A stretch of 64,000 nt of DNA, taken from assembly GCA_002633005.1 (NCBI GenBank), contig NMRA01000901.1:40666-104665 (forward strand), in the 5' to 3' direction. The notes below the pieces were generated by a model. That model saw only the letters and a list, made by a program, of their open reading frames with translations, had not been told where the DNA came from and made no database searches. Origin of the DNA: Phoronis australis (taxonomy: Eukaryota; Animalia; Phoronida). The translations under genes and the position numbers were made by a program. This document shows positions 1 through 12,800 of the stretch, in pieces. The stretch's first letter is position 1. Each line of letters opens with the position of its first letter.

Positions 1-1065
1 TGTAGTACATTCAGTGTGGTAGTCAATGACAAATTCGACCCATCCAACGTAATTGATGTGTCGTCCGCATATTGCGAAATCAAATATTCCTTATTCCCAG
101 CAACTACACCAGCAATATTTTTATTATTCTTGATTAAATACGCCAAAATCTCCGCGCACAATATAAAAATGTAGGGAGACAATGGGTCACCTTGTCTGCA
201 GCCACGTGAAATATTGAACCAAGAAGATGGGTGACCATTTACGACAACACAGGACTTAATATTACTGTAAAAGACTTTCACCCACCTTCTGATCGACCAA
301 CCAAAATTAAGGAACGATAAAGTTTTTTGAATAAAATTCCACGACAATGAATCAAATGCTTTCTCAAAATCAATCAGTAAAAGCAATCCAGGTTTGTTAG
401 CTGCCTGGGCATAAAACATTAAATCATATAGCACTCGGATATTTTCGTTCATATTTCTTCCAGAAACGAAACCTGTCTGGTCCTTACTGATTACTTTTCC
501 CAAAACGGATTTTAACCGTTCAGCTACTGCCGAAGAAGCCAATTTATATGTCACATTGAGCAAGGATATGGGTCTCCAGTTTTTCAAATAATGTTTACTT
601 TTATCTGCTCCCTTAGGGATGCAGGTGATCACTCCCTCTTTCTGTGTTGAGGATAACTGGCCAACAGCAAAACCTGTATTAAGTGAGCGAACAACGAAAT
701 GTCCAATGTCAGCCCAAAAAAATTTCAAAAATTCCACTGAAAAACCATCAGAGCCTGGGCTTTTGTTGTTTTTCATTTTTTTCAAGCATTGTGTGACTTC
801 TTCATATGTAAGAAGACCTTCTAATTTTTCTTTTTCTGTCTCATTCAGCTTGGAGACACAAACATTATCAAGAAGAGTTTTTAAAGAAGTATTGTTAGTA
901 TGTCTATATTTGTATAGATTTTCATAAAAAGTTTTGGTTTCCTGAATAACCTCTTCTTCACTATTGGTTTTAGTATTGTCAGATTTCCACAAAAAAGGCA
1001 TAAACTTACTTGTGTAATGCCTATTTTCCAAGTGAAGAAAATATTTGGAAGGCACTTTGATCAGA
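1..1065 (-). mobile_element. L1/Tx1-clade non-LTR retrotransposon ORF2 reverse transcriptase region, 5'-truncated, runs off the window start
   Basis: Minus-strand translation gives ordered RT motifs: PSKYFLHLE (~1050), FYENLY (~915), NKSPGSDGF (~750), NWRPISLL (~570), LIDFEKAFDS (~365), GCRQGDPLSPY (~190), SQYADDT (~65). Confidence 0.9.
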
Positions 1066-1079
1066 TTGTTAAAAGGCAT

Positions 1080-1860
1080 CATGTGGTGAGGGAAAGGCTT
1101 CTGGTTTCACGTTCTTGGAGAGTAGTTAATGGCTTGCCACATCTACAAGTTCTGGTCAAGTTGTATAGTCTGCAGACAAATGCTTCTGAAAACGTCATAG
1201 TTTCCCTTGTGAGTTCACCAATATCCAGGTTCTTAAGCAATTTGTGATGCTATTGGTAACGTCTTCCATGATGATCGTTTCGTGTGACTGGCAAAGTACG
1301 AGGTGGTGTCACACCCGGTCAGGGCATGAAATGCTAAAAAAGATGTTGCCAAGTCGCTTCGTAATTTGTTGAAAAGTGCTTCAACAGGGGCATGTGTTGG
1401 AGGTGCGATACCAGAAGCAGTAGAACATCAGTGTCCTTGGAAGATACGACTACTCTATTAAACTGGCTGTGGACAGCACGCTATGCCATTCTTGCATTTC
1501 TTTTTCATGTGTGGATTTCAGAGGCCTCTATGAGTAGTATCCTGTGTTTAGGACCGTTTTCATGAATGAATCCGCCACAAGTCTCCAAGGCTTACGATCA
1601 TTAATGGGGCAAGAGGGCGTGTCATGAAGTTGAATTGTTTCAGGACTGTCGATGTGTTCTGTTAGTGCTTTTGCAAGTAAAAATATATTTGCAGTGCTCA
1701 GTGAGCCTTTCGTTTCAGCAAGAGAAAGGGGGACCGGAAGAAGCTCGTGTTTGAGCGCGGACAGCAAATTCACTGGCCAAGCTGCCTCATAAGCTGCAAT
1801 AAGACAGCAAAGAAAAGTCCTGTCTGCCTTTAGAACTATTTTCTTGTAACCCAGAGCCGC
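1080..1860 (-). mobile_element. Decayed Academ-like (XPG/H3TH nuclease-bearing) DNA transposon fragment
   Basis: Minus strand reads LKHELLPVPLSLAETKGSL (1773-1710) and FLAFHALTGCDTTSYFASHTK (~1345-1280). The GCDTT H3TH-like motif is typical of this transposon-borne nuclease; frames are broken. Confidence 0.55.
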
Positions 1861-4357
1861 TCCCAGTGCTGATCGAATCTCAAAAACTTGGAGAGACGAT
1901 CAGTTAAACGCGACCTTACGGGTTTATGAATAACAAGTACATGTACTTCTGCTTCAAAACTAAACGATGTCCATAATGTCGAAATAAATGTAAAAAAATA
2001 TCCCTTTAAACAACAGAACCGGGGGCTACCGCTACACTACTGCACAGATCCAGCAGGTGCCGAGACAAAGACGGCCAGACGACTGAAACTCCGGAGTCAA
2101 AATCAGATAGGCTTACACTACATGCGTAACCACCAAACTGAAACGTGTGCATCTTAGGAGAAATATATTTGTGTTTAACCTTCGATCAATCAAGCAACAA
2201 TGACATGTTCAGATGCTCGTATGCCGGCTCACACACTATAGTTAACATCTTTTGACATCACTAGTCAAGTTAGGAGTTGGCCAAAATGACGGATATTGTT
2301 CTCGAACTGCATAACGGCTGTCAGGATTAATCACGCCACATCAACAATATTTAACCATTCGTTTCGCACAATTACTTGAGCTATAGACTAAAATACATTC
2401 TACACGGCAGCGTGTTGTCTGATAAAATGGCGATTTGGAAACGCAAACGAAGCTGTTTCAAGAATGCTACATTGTGATTGGTCAGTTAAGTCGTCAGTCA
2501 TAATCCTGGCGATCAGTCAATTTTGTGAAATCTATGGATCGCAGGTCTGGCGTTTTACTGTAGGTCTTGCGATTTATAGTACACTGTTGGTCAGTATGAT
2601 TAGATGGCCCATGTGTATTCACTCATCTACAAATCATTAAGTTGTCTGTGATGTTAGCACTGTCTAAGAATGCGTTTAAACGCACCAGCTCCGCTCGCGA
2701 ATAAGTTTTGCAAACTGGGAGAATCCTCGAATTCAATGGTTACATGAATTGCGCCGGTAATAGTGCAGGCATCCGTACATACGTTGCGTAAAGCCAGTCA
2801 CCCAGCTATCCTCATATTTCAGCTAGGAACTACTGTGTGGTAATCTTGCATAGATTTCTGCTTTTTATCTCGTTGAAAAACTTTTACCCGCACCACTATA
2901 TACATGTAGAGCTAACAACCTTCGAGGCTCCATGCAAAATCTGAGAGTCAATCGACACTCACCTTGCACGTAGAAAATGCCAAAACAATTTGGCAGCAAA
3001 GATACAAGTCGTAAGAAATTGCTTCGGTACTTCGGGAATGAATTAAATGTGAGACGTCTCGTAGAAAGTTCTGGAAATGACTTCCATCGGCAAGGGTTTG
3101 ATTTTGGATTACTGATACATGTATATATTCTTTACCTGTACTTGTTGCGTCACGATGTACACGTGTATACTGGTCTGCAAGGTGTTTTGAGAGTACTCAG
3201 GTACATTGGCATGTTCTACCAAAACAAGTTCAGTCACGCGGGTCAGTTACCGGGAGGACCGCTGTTTCAATTCAGGAGGAGATACCGGCAGTTAGTTCAA
3301 GTACTGACGTGCAGTACTTCTCATAAAACACGGTCGTTATATGATTCAGGAAGTGGCCAAACGGGTTGCAGTTACATGAATCACGCATTTCAGTAAAATT
3401 CAACGAAAAAAGAAAAATACAAGGAAATTAATACAACGGTATTAATGACATGATCAAATTTTGTTTGATGTAAACGTTCAAGCTGAGCAATGAAACACGC
3501 TTTTAGAGTTTCATTTCGTTGTTGTCTCATGCAACAAGAGCATAATACATAAAAAGACATAAAAGTCCTTTATTTGATTGTCCCTCGTGCAAAAAGTGAA
3601 GCATTTTAAAATCAATTCAGCATTTTTGAGAATAGTGCTTAAAGCCTATCATCTACTAGCTTCACTTCAATCCTGTCAGGTCCTTAGCCAGGATAACGCA
3701 ATGTGTGGTTCAAATTTCTGAAACACTGGAGTGTCCATTAAAAAAATAAATAGCAAGCGACGCACTAACTTTTCAATGCATTTTGGCAAGCAATTCAAAC
3801 GCAACCAATACATTTTAATTCTTTCACCCTGGGCTTTATGTTCTCAAAAAACGCCAGTAAGTAACTCTTTGTTGTTGGGGACATGTTTCAGGACCATTCT
3901 GACAATTTGCCTGACCTGTAGTGCATGTAAATGTACCTGCTCATACGAACGTGTAAGGTACGTGCCTGGCCGTCCAAAGTCTACGGGACCCGTCAGTGAT
4001 GGTTTTTATACAGAGTTGGGATTTTTGTGTTCATGTTCGTTCAGGAGATGTGCTGTTTTTAATTGTTCATCAAAAAGTAAACAACATAGGTTACTTTGTT
4101 GGCAAGGTGTTTCTCATTATCCTGTGTCGAGCGCCAACGGGCTACTTCTATATTTTGGCAATGCCCGCAAAACCGTGTGTGCGATGCTAACGAGAGCATT
4201 TCTGTGGGATTACTTGCACGCTATTGTTGTCATCACTCATGTATACCCCGCCATCACAGCCTTTATCTGTGTATGCAGTCGGCAATGTCGATATACCGTG
4301 ACCATTCATAAGGTGCCCGTAATGTGTACAGCTAGCTACTGGGTGCGTTTGCCCGTT

Positions 4358-4742
4358 ATCCGCTAATGACTGCAAAAACACACTGTTTTCAAGCAAGTCC
4401 AGACCATGCATGTTGTATTAGGCATTTACTAATTTGTCAAGGGCTTGACTTCATTGTTGGAAAGAACTTTGTCGTCAATAACGGGATAAAATTTCAGTGA
4501 ATATACATGTAGTTTCTTTTAATCCCTTAATGTCTTCAAAAGGTAGTATATTGCAAAAAGTTGAAATTATACACAAATTATGTAACATGTACATGTATGT
4601 GTTTCACTGCTATCCGCTCAAGACTACAAAAGCAAATTGCAGCAAGTCCAGGCATACATGTATGTTGTACTCGGCATTTACTATTCGTATGGGCAAGGGC
4701 GTGAATTCATTGTTGGATGGAACCTTGTCTTCAATAACAGGA
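4358..4742. repeat. Diverged local direct duplication (~130 bp units at ~4358-4490 and ~4610-4742)
   Basis: Both copies share agcaagtccag...atgttgta..ggcatttacta...caagggc.tga.ttcattgttgga..gaac.ttgtc.tcaataac. Confidence 0.75.
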
Positions 4743-5145
4743 ATACATCTCATCTCCTTCAGCCCTGAGTGAAAGCGATAGCACGTCAATTTTCAGCAAT
4801 CCTACTCGTTTTGGTACTAAATTTGACAAAAAACCTTAATCGCCTTTGGTTAAAATTCATATTGCAAAATAGATGCAAACTACCAGGAATTGCCGAACGT
4901 ATGAGCGCTGCTGTTCTTTATGTTTTGCTACCGGGACACGGCAACTCGCGAATTACATACACCCCCAGCAGTTGGCGTGTGTCAATGTAACAGGAGAATA
5001 ATCACTTGTGAAATGAAATATTTTCAATTATTAGACAAAACGTATTTTAGAACGTGACAAAATGTACAACAGATACGCCGAGGAGTGTAGTGAACTGTTG
5101 TATATAGGCGGAATGTCGACGATGGAAACTCTTAGTGTCAGAAGG

Positions 5146-5257
5146 ATGACGCAGGGTTTTTTATACCGATGTCAAAAGAATTTCAGAAAGATCTTGTTGT
5201 TTAGTCTTGCTTTAATGACTCTTACTTCCAACTCAGCAACAAATCTAAAATGGCGGG
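5146..5257 (+). CDS. Candidate first coding exon (signal peptide) of the Tie-like RTK
   Basis: MTQGFLYRCQKNFRKILLFSLALMTLTSNSA has a basic n-region, hydrophobic core and small-residue c-region. TATA-like tatata at 5101. Phase-1 donors at 5258 (gtagca) or 5351 (gtgact) fit the kringle exon. Donors are weak and the call is unconfirmed. Confidence 0.2.
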
Positions 5258-6673
5258 GTAGCACTCCGCTCCAGATCGTGGCACGTGAGCCAGAATGTTA
5301 TGATATTTGTCCTACGTACGCATTTCTATACGATTCAGCAATGTGTACTGGTGACTTTGTAATAATGTGTTTTAACAATCTAATACGTGTTTAACACCTT
5401 TGATACTAGGGGTTTGAGCTGTATTACTTGTTTTCCAATGAATATGATCAATTCATTTTATATTAAAGGCGAAATATACATGAACGTGGTGTTAGTCATT
5501 CCCTGATGCTGTACACGTTTCACCATAGTTTTGGCCTAGTGGTTGACCGAGCGTCATTGTTTTCCTTCATATCTGTGCTTTCACCTTATCGTCGTCCCAT
5601 GCCAGTGTCATTGCCGTTTAGCGGATAATTGGGGTTGCACCTCTTATATCGAACTTGTTGATCGTTCCTTGTCTGCGAGGTCGTGCACCAATGACTCTGA
5701 TTTGCCATCAATACACCGCGTTTTCATCGACCAAAGATTTGTTGGTAGACCTAGGCCTACTTGTTTCAGAAAACTCTGAACAGGCAGTAGTGCCCACGTC
5801 AGGATTTTCCACAAGAAAACATACTGAAAGTCTGATTTCTGCTGACTAATGGAGAATGGTAACACACAATTTTACATGCATTCTTTATATTGTTTAACTA
5901 GTACATATTTTGCATAGCAGGTACAAGCTAGGCTGTGCTTTTACGCGGGGCCATTCAATCGAACCCCCGACTTTCCCCTGCCTAAATGTTTCTGGTATAC
6001 ATGTAAAGGTGTACGACTTCCGAGTTTATTCCAATTCGGGCATTGTATAGGCTTCTACATATACTTAAAAGTGCAGGGTTTGCTTTTAGTCGTCAGGTTG
6101 AGCTATTTGTGCCAATTTGCATTCTATTACAAAGGAACCTGAACGCTAATTCCTCGTCTCTGTGATTATAATTAGAAACATAACATACAGCGATGACAAG
6201 TAGGTTGACAATTGTCAAATGTTTTTAAGGACGAGTTTGAACCACCGTAAATCACTCAACCGTATCTAGTAAGAAACGCCACGTGACGTTAAGAAATAAC
6301 ACTGCATTATGCGACAATGCGAGTCCCCAACGTACGTCTATAGTGCAAAGGTCACCCATTTACAGAATTTTTAGTTTCTGATATACATGTACATTAGCAA
6401 AGTTAGGACCATGCTAATAATCTTCAATTTGGAATCACCCTTATGTTATAACCAAAATTGAGCATAATAATTGAAAATACACTAGGGTTTATAGGAACGT
6501 TCTTGTTGTGTGATCCGTGGCAGAATTAGGAAGTACATTAGCTTCCACCTTTGCATTTCAAGAAATTGTAACAGCGCGGATGCTGCTTCATACACATCTC
6601 CTTAAATCGCTGGTCACCTAGAGCTGAATCATCAATTGCTAAACGCCATGTGTGATATCCATTTCCAATTCAG

Positions 6674-6880
6674 ACGACTGCAAAAACACACTGGATGGTA
6701 GAGACTACATGGGAACAGTCAGTGAAGGTAGAAACGGTGAAAGGTGCAAAATGTGGAAAGACACAAAATATACTCTTCTCCCAGAGAATTATTGCCGGAA
6801 TCCTGATGGCGAGCCAAATGGACCGTGGTGTTACCCTACGACTGGAGGATGGGAGTATTGTGACGTGAGTCTATGTTCAG
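6674..6880 (+). CDS. RTK exon: kringle domain (phase 1-1)
   Basis: cag|...|gtatgg; [13 protein letters not shown]...CKMW...[17 protein letters not shown]...WEYCDVSLC with 6 Cys. Membership in this gene is inferred from strand, phase and position. Confidence 0.85.
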
Positions 6881-9800
6881 GTATGGAAATATTGTACAGG
6901 TGGTGACTAAAGTCTATGTTGCGAGTCACATTTGACCCCCGAGTAATGAAACCACGCAGCAGTGATGCTATTTTTTCTCTAATTGATTAAGACCTTGGTA
7001 TTCTCCTTTAACACAAGTAACAATGCATTTAACATTTCATCAACCCCCTTTACCATGGGTGGTTAGAAGTGTTGGTGCCACTAGTGACAGTACACGCCAA
7101 ATGAAAGCAACCTCTTTCTTACAACAATTAATACAACGACGGTTATGTTTTCGGAAAAAAGAGGAGAATCAAATACATTTGTGCCACTTTCAACACTCGT
7201 AGTCAAGTGAACGTGCCTTCGTTTGTGACATAATGTTCTTTTGAAGGTACATTGATTGATGAAAGTCCTTTTGCGACAAGTCATCGAACTACATGTATTG
7301 AGAAGCCTAACGGTTGAGTCTTGGATTTTCCATAACTAGCAACGATGTTTTATTACCAAAAATACGCTTTGTGTTTATTAATTTTCTCTACTGATAATAC
7401 AGTTCTCGATTTTATACTAAGCCATCAATTTACACCTTACATAATACTTGAGGTACTACTTTCAATTTGGGACATTGTGTTTATTGGAAATTCAAGCACA
7501 AAAAGTTCGATAGACTCAGTTGCTTGAGATTGTGAAATTTGAAATCGTGGTCAAACAGCAACTGCTGAAAACGCAATTATGCATCAACATTTTCTGTTCC
7601 AAACCACATCTTTTTGGTCGTTATAGTCAGTGCGTTGTATTGACCTTTCGTTTTCGGATTGGGTTTTCAAAATATACATGTAGCTAAAGGAATCGAAATG
7701 GAATGTATCTTAGCGCTGAAACTTGAAGCACGTTGTCCAAAGCCAATTACGTAACTCTCTGTAAGAGGAGGTATATGGGCAACAAGTCTTCATAGACCAT
7801 AGGCGGATTAAGGAAGGGGTTGCGGCAGCCCCCAATTCAGACATTGTCCGACTCCGACAACGGGCGCAATCGTAACGGTAACTATTTGGCTAAATATTGC
7901 TACTGCCGGTCGATGTGTGCGTGGTATCCCAGGCGACTGCCACTGTCGCTGCGCCATAGCAATCAATTTCCGTCGTCTGCTTAACTGTGCTAAGAAAACT
8001 ATTAAGACATGTTTTCGGAAGCTGAGTGACGATGAAGAAACACAAACTGAAATGAATCCTCAGAAGCGCATAATTCGCTCTTTGTGTAACATTTAAATTC
8101 AAACGATTCCCCTTTGCAACCGCATGGTTAAAGCCAGTGCGAAAAGTGTATTTGTTCTTTTGGGCAACTTAAACAGGTTAGCGCGAACGGTGTGAGCCAT
8201 AAGTACATGTATGTCTCTTAGCATATTATTTTTAGTGCATGCGTGATGGTGCAATAGAAGAACACGCGCCATTTTGACCAAAACGACGTGAGTTCTAGTA
8301 GGTGCAATGTTGACAAATTTTCCGTTGTTTCACCAATTCTCAGTGGTTTTTTACTCTATTATATTTCAAGGCCCGGTTGCATTAAAGTTGTACATGTACG
8401 CCGTAATTGCAACAGTGAAGTCGCATTATCACGCGTCACTTTGTCATTGTTGAATAATGCCCTGACGTCATGCAACAATCAAACTTATCCAGCGGATAAC
8501 TTTTGAAGCTTTGTGCAGCTCAACCCTGAAATTAAGGAAAATCATTGCTTATGGAAGAAAAAAATAAAATTTTCCTCTGGGCGTAAAGGGGAAGCCACTC
8601 CGACACCCCCCATTCGGCGCTGTTCGCATCTAGATATGTGCTTCGTGCCAATGTCTACAAGACAAAATATTTGGGCCTCTGATGATATGATAGATCTGCC
8701 ATAACAGACAATGGCATAAATTGCGTGAAACTGGTTAGCGTTTTTTGATCAAATATTAGAGCTTGGGTACAACTTGCAAAACTTTCATGAAGTTTTATGA
8801 ACTCATGGCTACTTTTTAATTCCTGACATTCCCGCATTCGCGGAATAAAAGTAACCCTATTCGGTAGTGTGATGGTTAACAAGCAACAGGATTATGAATT
8901 ACCGAGAAAACTGTGGGGGTAAAAATGGTAGAGAAATTGCACAAAGTCTTTTTTGTTGGTGAAAGCCTTTCGAAAAAACGCTGTTTTTTACTAGAAAGCT
9001 GCTACCATTTTTATGAAATTCAATTAAGATCAAGTGTATATTTTTTATAAGTTTACATGTAATTTTTCATGACGTTGCATTACATGTAGTCACAGTTATG
9101 ATGAGGCGTTTAGACTTTGATAACGGCTATAACATCTTTTTTCAGTCATCCTATAGTGCCATGGTGATCCGTCATAAATGACAGAGTTGGTTTTGTTTCT
9201 AGGTACACATGTCAAAATATAATTTAAGTATATGTAGCATGATGCCAACAACCTGAGCTGATGGTGGTTTATTAAGACACATTTCCCAAGTACCACGATT
9301 AATTGAATATGATTATCAACACACATACTGTGTGACCAGGATCCTTCTGAAGATTATAATGTAGGAGTTCAGTGGTTGCCCTTCGAGCTTCAAGTTTATT
9401 GTTCAGCAAGCACAAAAGTTCTGTTAAAATGCAGACGTGGCGAAAGTGCACGTGTCTGGTTTTGTTCAGGACCAATACTTACAATGTACGATAGATGAGA
9501 TCGGAACTATGTATATACATGTAGGATTATTGAACAGATTTTCAACTTACGATTTTGAAAATTTTAACCGAAGTATCTATAACGAGTAAGTTCTACTATG
9601 ATGCTCACTTTCCGTTAAACTCAAGCGCCATAGTGTTTAAGTATCAGTCCACGGATCCACCGACAACTGTGCAGCCAACAAGCGGCAAGGTGGGGGGTCA
9701 GCCATTCAGATCCATGTTTAGTTTGATAGATTACATTAGGGATGAGAGAAATTGGGTGAAGTATGACACCACAAAGTTTGGTGGTTTAGAAGATACAAGG

Positions 9801-12800
9801 GGAGTGTTCTAGGGGGCAAAATGAGGCAATTCCTTGATGTGGAATTAGTCATTTTTTAACCAAATTCTCTACTCCAGTTCCTGCTTCAAACAGAATCGTT
9901 TCTGAACAATTTTGATATTACATGATAGGTTCATGACTCAGTAAAAACGTCACCGACAGTAAATTATCTGTTACCATGGTAACACTGGAACTGTTTCCGT
10001 GGAGGTAAATTTCATTCTTGTGAAAAACCAGCAGTAAGTTGTACCCTTATAGCGAATCTGCCCCCGCGAGAAAACTAAAAATAATAACATGGACATGTAG
10101 AAGACTCCATAAAAACTTTGTCAGCCCTTCAGGCAGGCTTGTTAATAGGTGTCTGAAATTCACTATTTTCAGACCGTGTATGTAATTTGTCATGTTAAAC
10201 CAGTCACTTGTTGTGCGTCGTTTCTACGCATTAAAATGCCGTGTTATAATACAGCAGTTAAAGATTTGGTTTTGCTTAAATGTTTTAATTAATTTCAAGG
10301 AAACTAGCATTTCCAACTAAAATATGAAATTATACTAAATTTGTTCATCCAACTCGTCTGAATACCATACATAGCTTACAATGCGTTGGTTGAATGGTGG
10401 CCATCTAATGTGCGGGTTTGCGAATTTATCTATTTATCTGTCACTGCCAGTCGCATGGAATGTGGTATTTCTACAAATTGCGGAGAGAAAAAACTTTGGA
10501 AACTCTTTGGAAATGCACAAAGAGAAGAGCCAGACATTTGAGCACCTTATAAGAGTAAGGGGAGGTGATGTGGAGGTGGAACGTGTCCTCCTGAGAAGTA
10601 GTCTGTCTCAGTGTCTGCCTCGGAGGCAGGTTTGCAGCAGGAGCTACATAATCTGCCGTAGAAGATTCACTTGCCCGAATCATGTGTACAACCTTGGAGA
10701 TATATTGGCGTCGCGAAAGACACTGAGTAGGCCTACATCCACTGCACACTAGAGGATAAATCTAATAGAGGTCTGCAAAATGACCAGAGACGTTAAGTAA
10801 AGGTTCAACGTCTTGCTTCGTGTGAGCTCAGGTAGGAATCACCAAACCCCAGGGTCTAACCCTGAGGAATATTTTTAGAAGCACGTCATTCATGTAAAAA
10901 TACTTTTATTGACACACCGTGATTACTTGTACATGTAACTTGGGCCTTATTGCACAATCACATCTTATTCAACTATGTTGATGTTTATGCAACTACATGT
11001 ATACATTGGCAGGTAGTCATCATAACTTTTCATAACAACCAACAAATGTGTAACATGACTTCTGCCCATGAACTACTTTTAGAGACTAGGGAATATGTTA
11101 TGTTTGCCAATGAAGTTCTTCGATTATGAAGTTAATTAAACATGCTGAAGCCGTCAAAAATATCAGTGCCTTCACTTTAGCTTGGTATTAATATTTTTTG
11201 AGCCAAAATGGCCACATTAAATTTAATATGTTTATTTTTTTCATTAATACAACTTTAGGACTTAGGAAAGGCTTATACTGAAGAAGTGGCTTCTGTTGAA
11301 GCTGGAGGCCTGCCGATTATTAGTAAAGGTTGGGTAAGGAAAAGTTCGCAACCAGCCAGAAGGTACCCTTCTAGACAACTAAGTGAGGGGGCTAGAGAGA
11401 GAGGCCGAAAAGTCTACTCCCAGAAAATATGTCAAAGATAATTTGTAACTTGAGGAACAAGTCGGGGGAAAAGTATTTGCCAAAAATTACTGGCTTATAC
11501 CACAAGAGGTCCAAAGTAATTTGTTGAGATAGGCCACACTCAACAAATGTGAGGAAACTGGGACAGAGGAAGTGGAGTATGCATTGGAAGAAGCAATGTG
11601 CGATTGTCAAGGATGTAGCATTGTAAAAACTCAAAGGGAGGAAACAGTACAGTGCCTGGACCTGTAGATACTCTGGCTTATCTGCTAAATCCAGCGGTGG
11701 CATTATTGTGTCAGCACAGCTGTGTAGGGAAGTAGGCTTGTGTGTTTCTGACCACTGTACTGTTCCTTTTCCTTGAAGGTGCCTAATTGATCTGAATTAA
11801 TGTTTCCGCATTTTATTTACCATTATAGATTTTTGTTTGTAAAGGGTATATATTACTAAAATTTGAGCACATGTTAGGCTGGTTATGTTAACTTATCTTT
11901 CTGCCTGGGTTATAAACCTTCTATCCATGAGGTAATAAGTTTTGATTTAGACCATTTACGTCTATAAACTTTGCTCAGTTTGTTCCTTATCCAGATGGGA
12001 AGCGATTTCTGGAGACCATGCTGTGTGTTTAAAATCGCACACTATTAGACTGGTCTCTAGCAATTGCATATTGCCAGATCTTTCAGATCTTTCAAGGTTC
12101 AGAAATTGCTCAAAAGTGACCTGAAAGTAATACCTATTTCATGAAGGTAAAAATGTCTAAATGAAAAGTTGTTTGATGTGATTTTAAGCGAGTTTATATC
12201 CACTTCAAATGATTTTTGTTGCAGTACTGAAAAGTATTGGCACATTAGCTCTGGTGGCTCCTTGTTTTTTTTTGGCAAATTGACCATTTTATGGTTCCCA
12301 TGGGCAATTTTGTTACTGATCTAGTATGTATGTACAACTGTAATCGTAGGGAAATTGTAATGCAAACCATGTTGCAAAAGTATTTTTTCATGACCATTTC
12401 ATTGTAAAAATGCTGCCTAATTGGAACCAACAAGCCAATTTTTCATTCTGTGGTGGTTAGTTTTGATAAGAACATTGTCGTGGTAAATACAGCTACCTCA
12501 AGTTTGTGAAGAAGAGATTTCCAGTGTTGTCAGCGACATTGCGAAATCACTTTTTCCCAGTGAGACTACATCACCTTAAATGTAATTCCTTGACTTTGTG
12601 GGCTTTGTGTGGTTGACTCTGTCCTGTAGCAATTGGACTGTCGAAAAGATCTACAAGGCAATTTTTATTAGAGTCATAACATTTGCACTTTTGACTGTAA
12701 ATTCATCTTTGCGTTGTATAACGAAAACATATTTTGTAGTACACAAGTCTCTGGTTGGTATTTTATTTTTTTTCACACGGAAAATTTTGAGGTAGGCAAT

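Noticed and set aside
3731-4366. Longest ORF in the track (211 aa, Cys-rich)
   Set aside because: GTG start, no recognisable domain or splice context; consistent with a chance ORF.
10380-11720. Purine-rich, partly open frames suggesting a decayed transposon gene
   Set aside because: No motif I could assign with confidence and no termini found.
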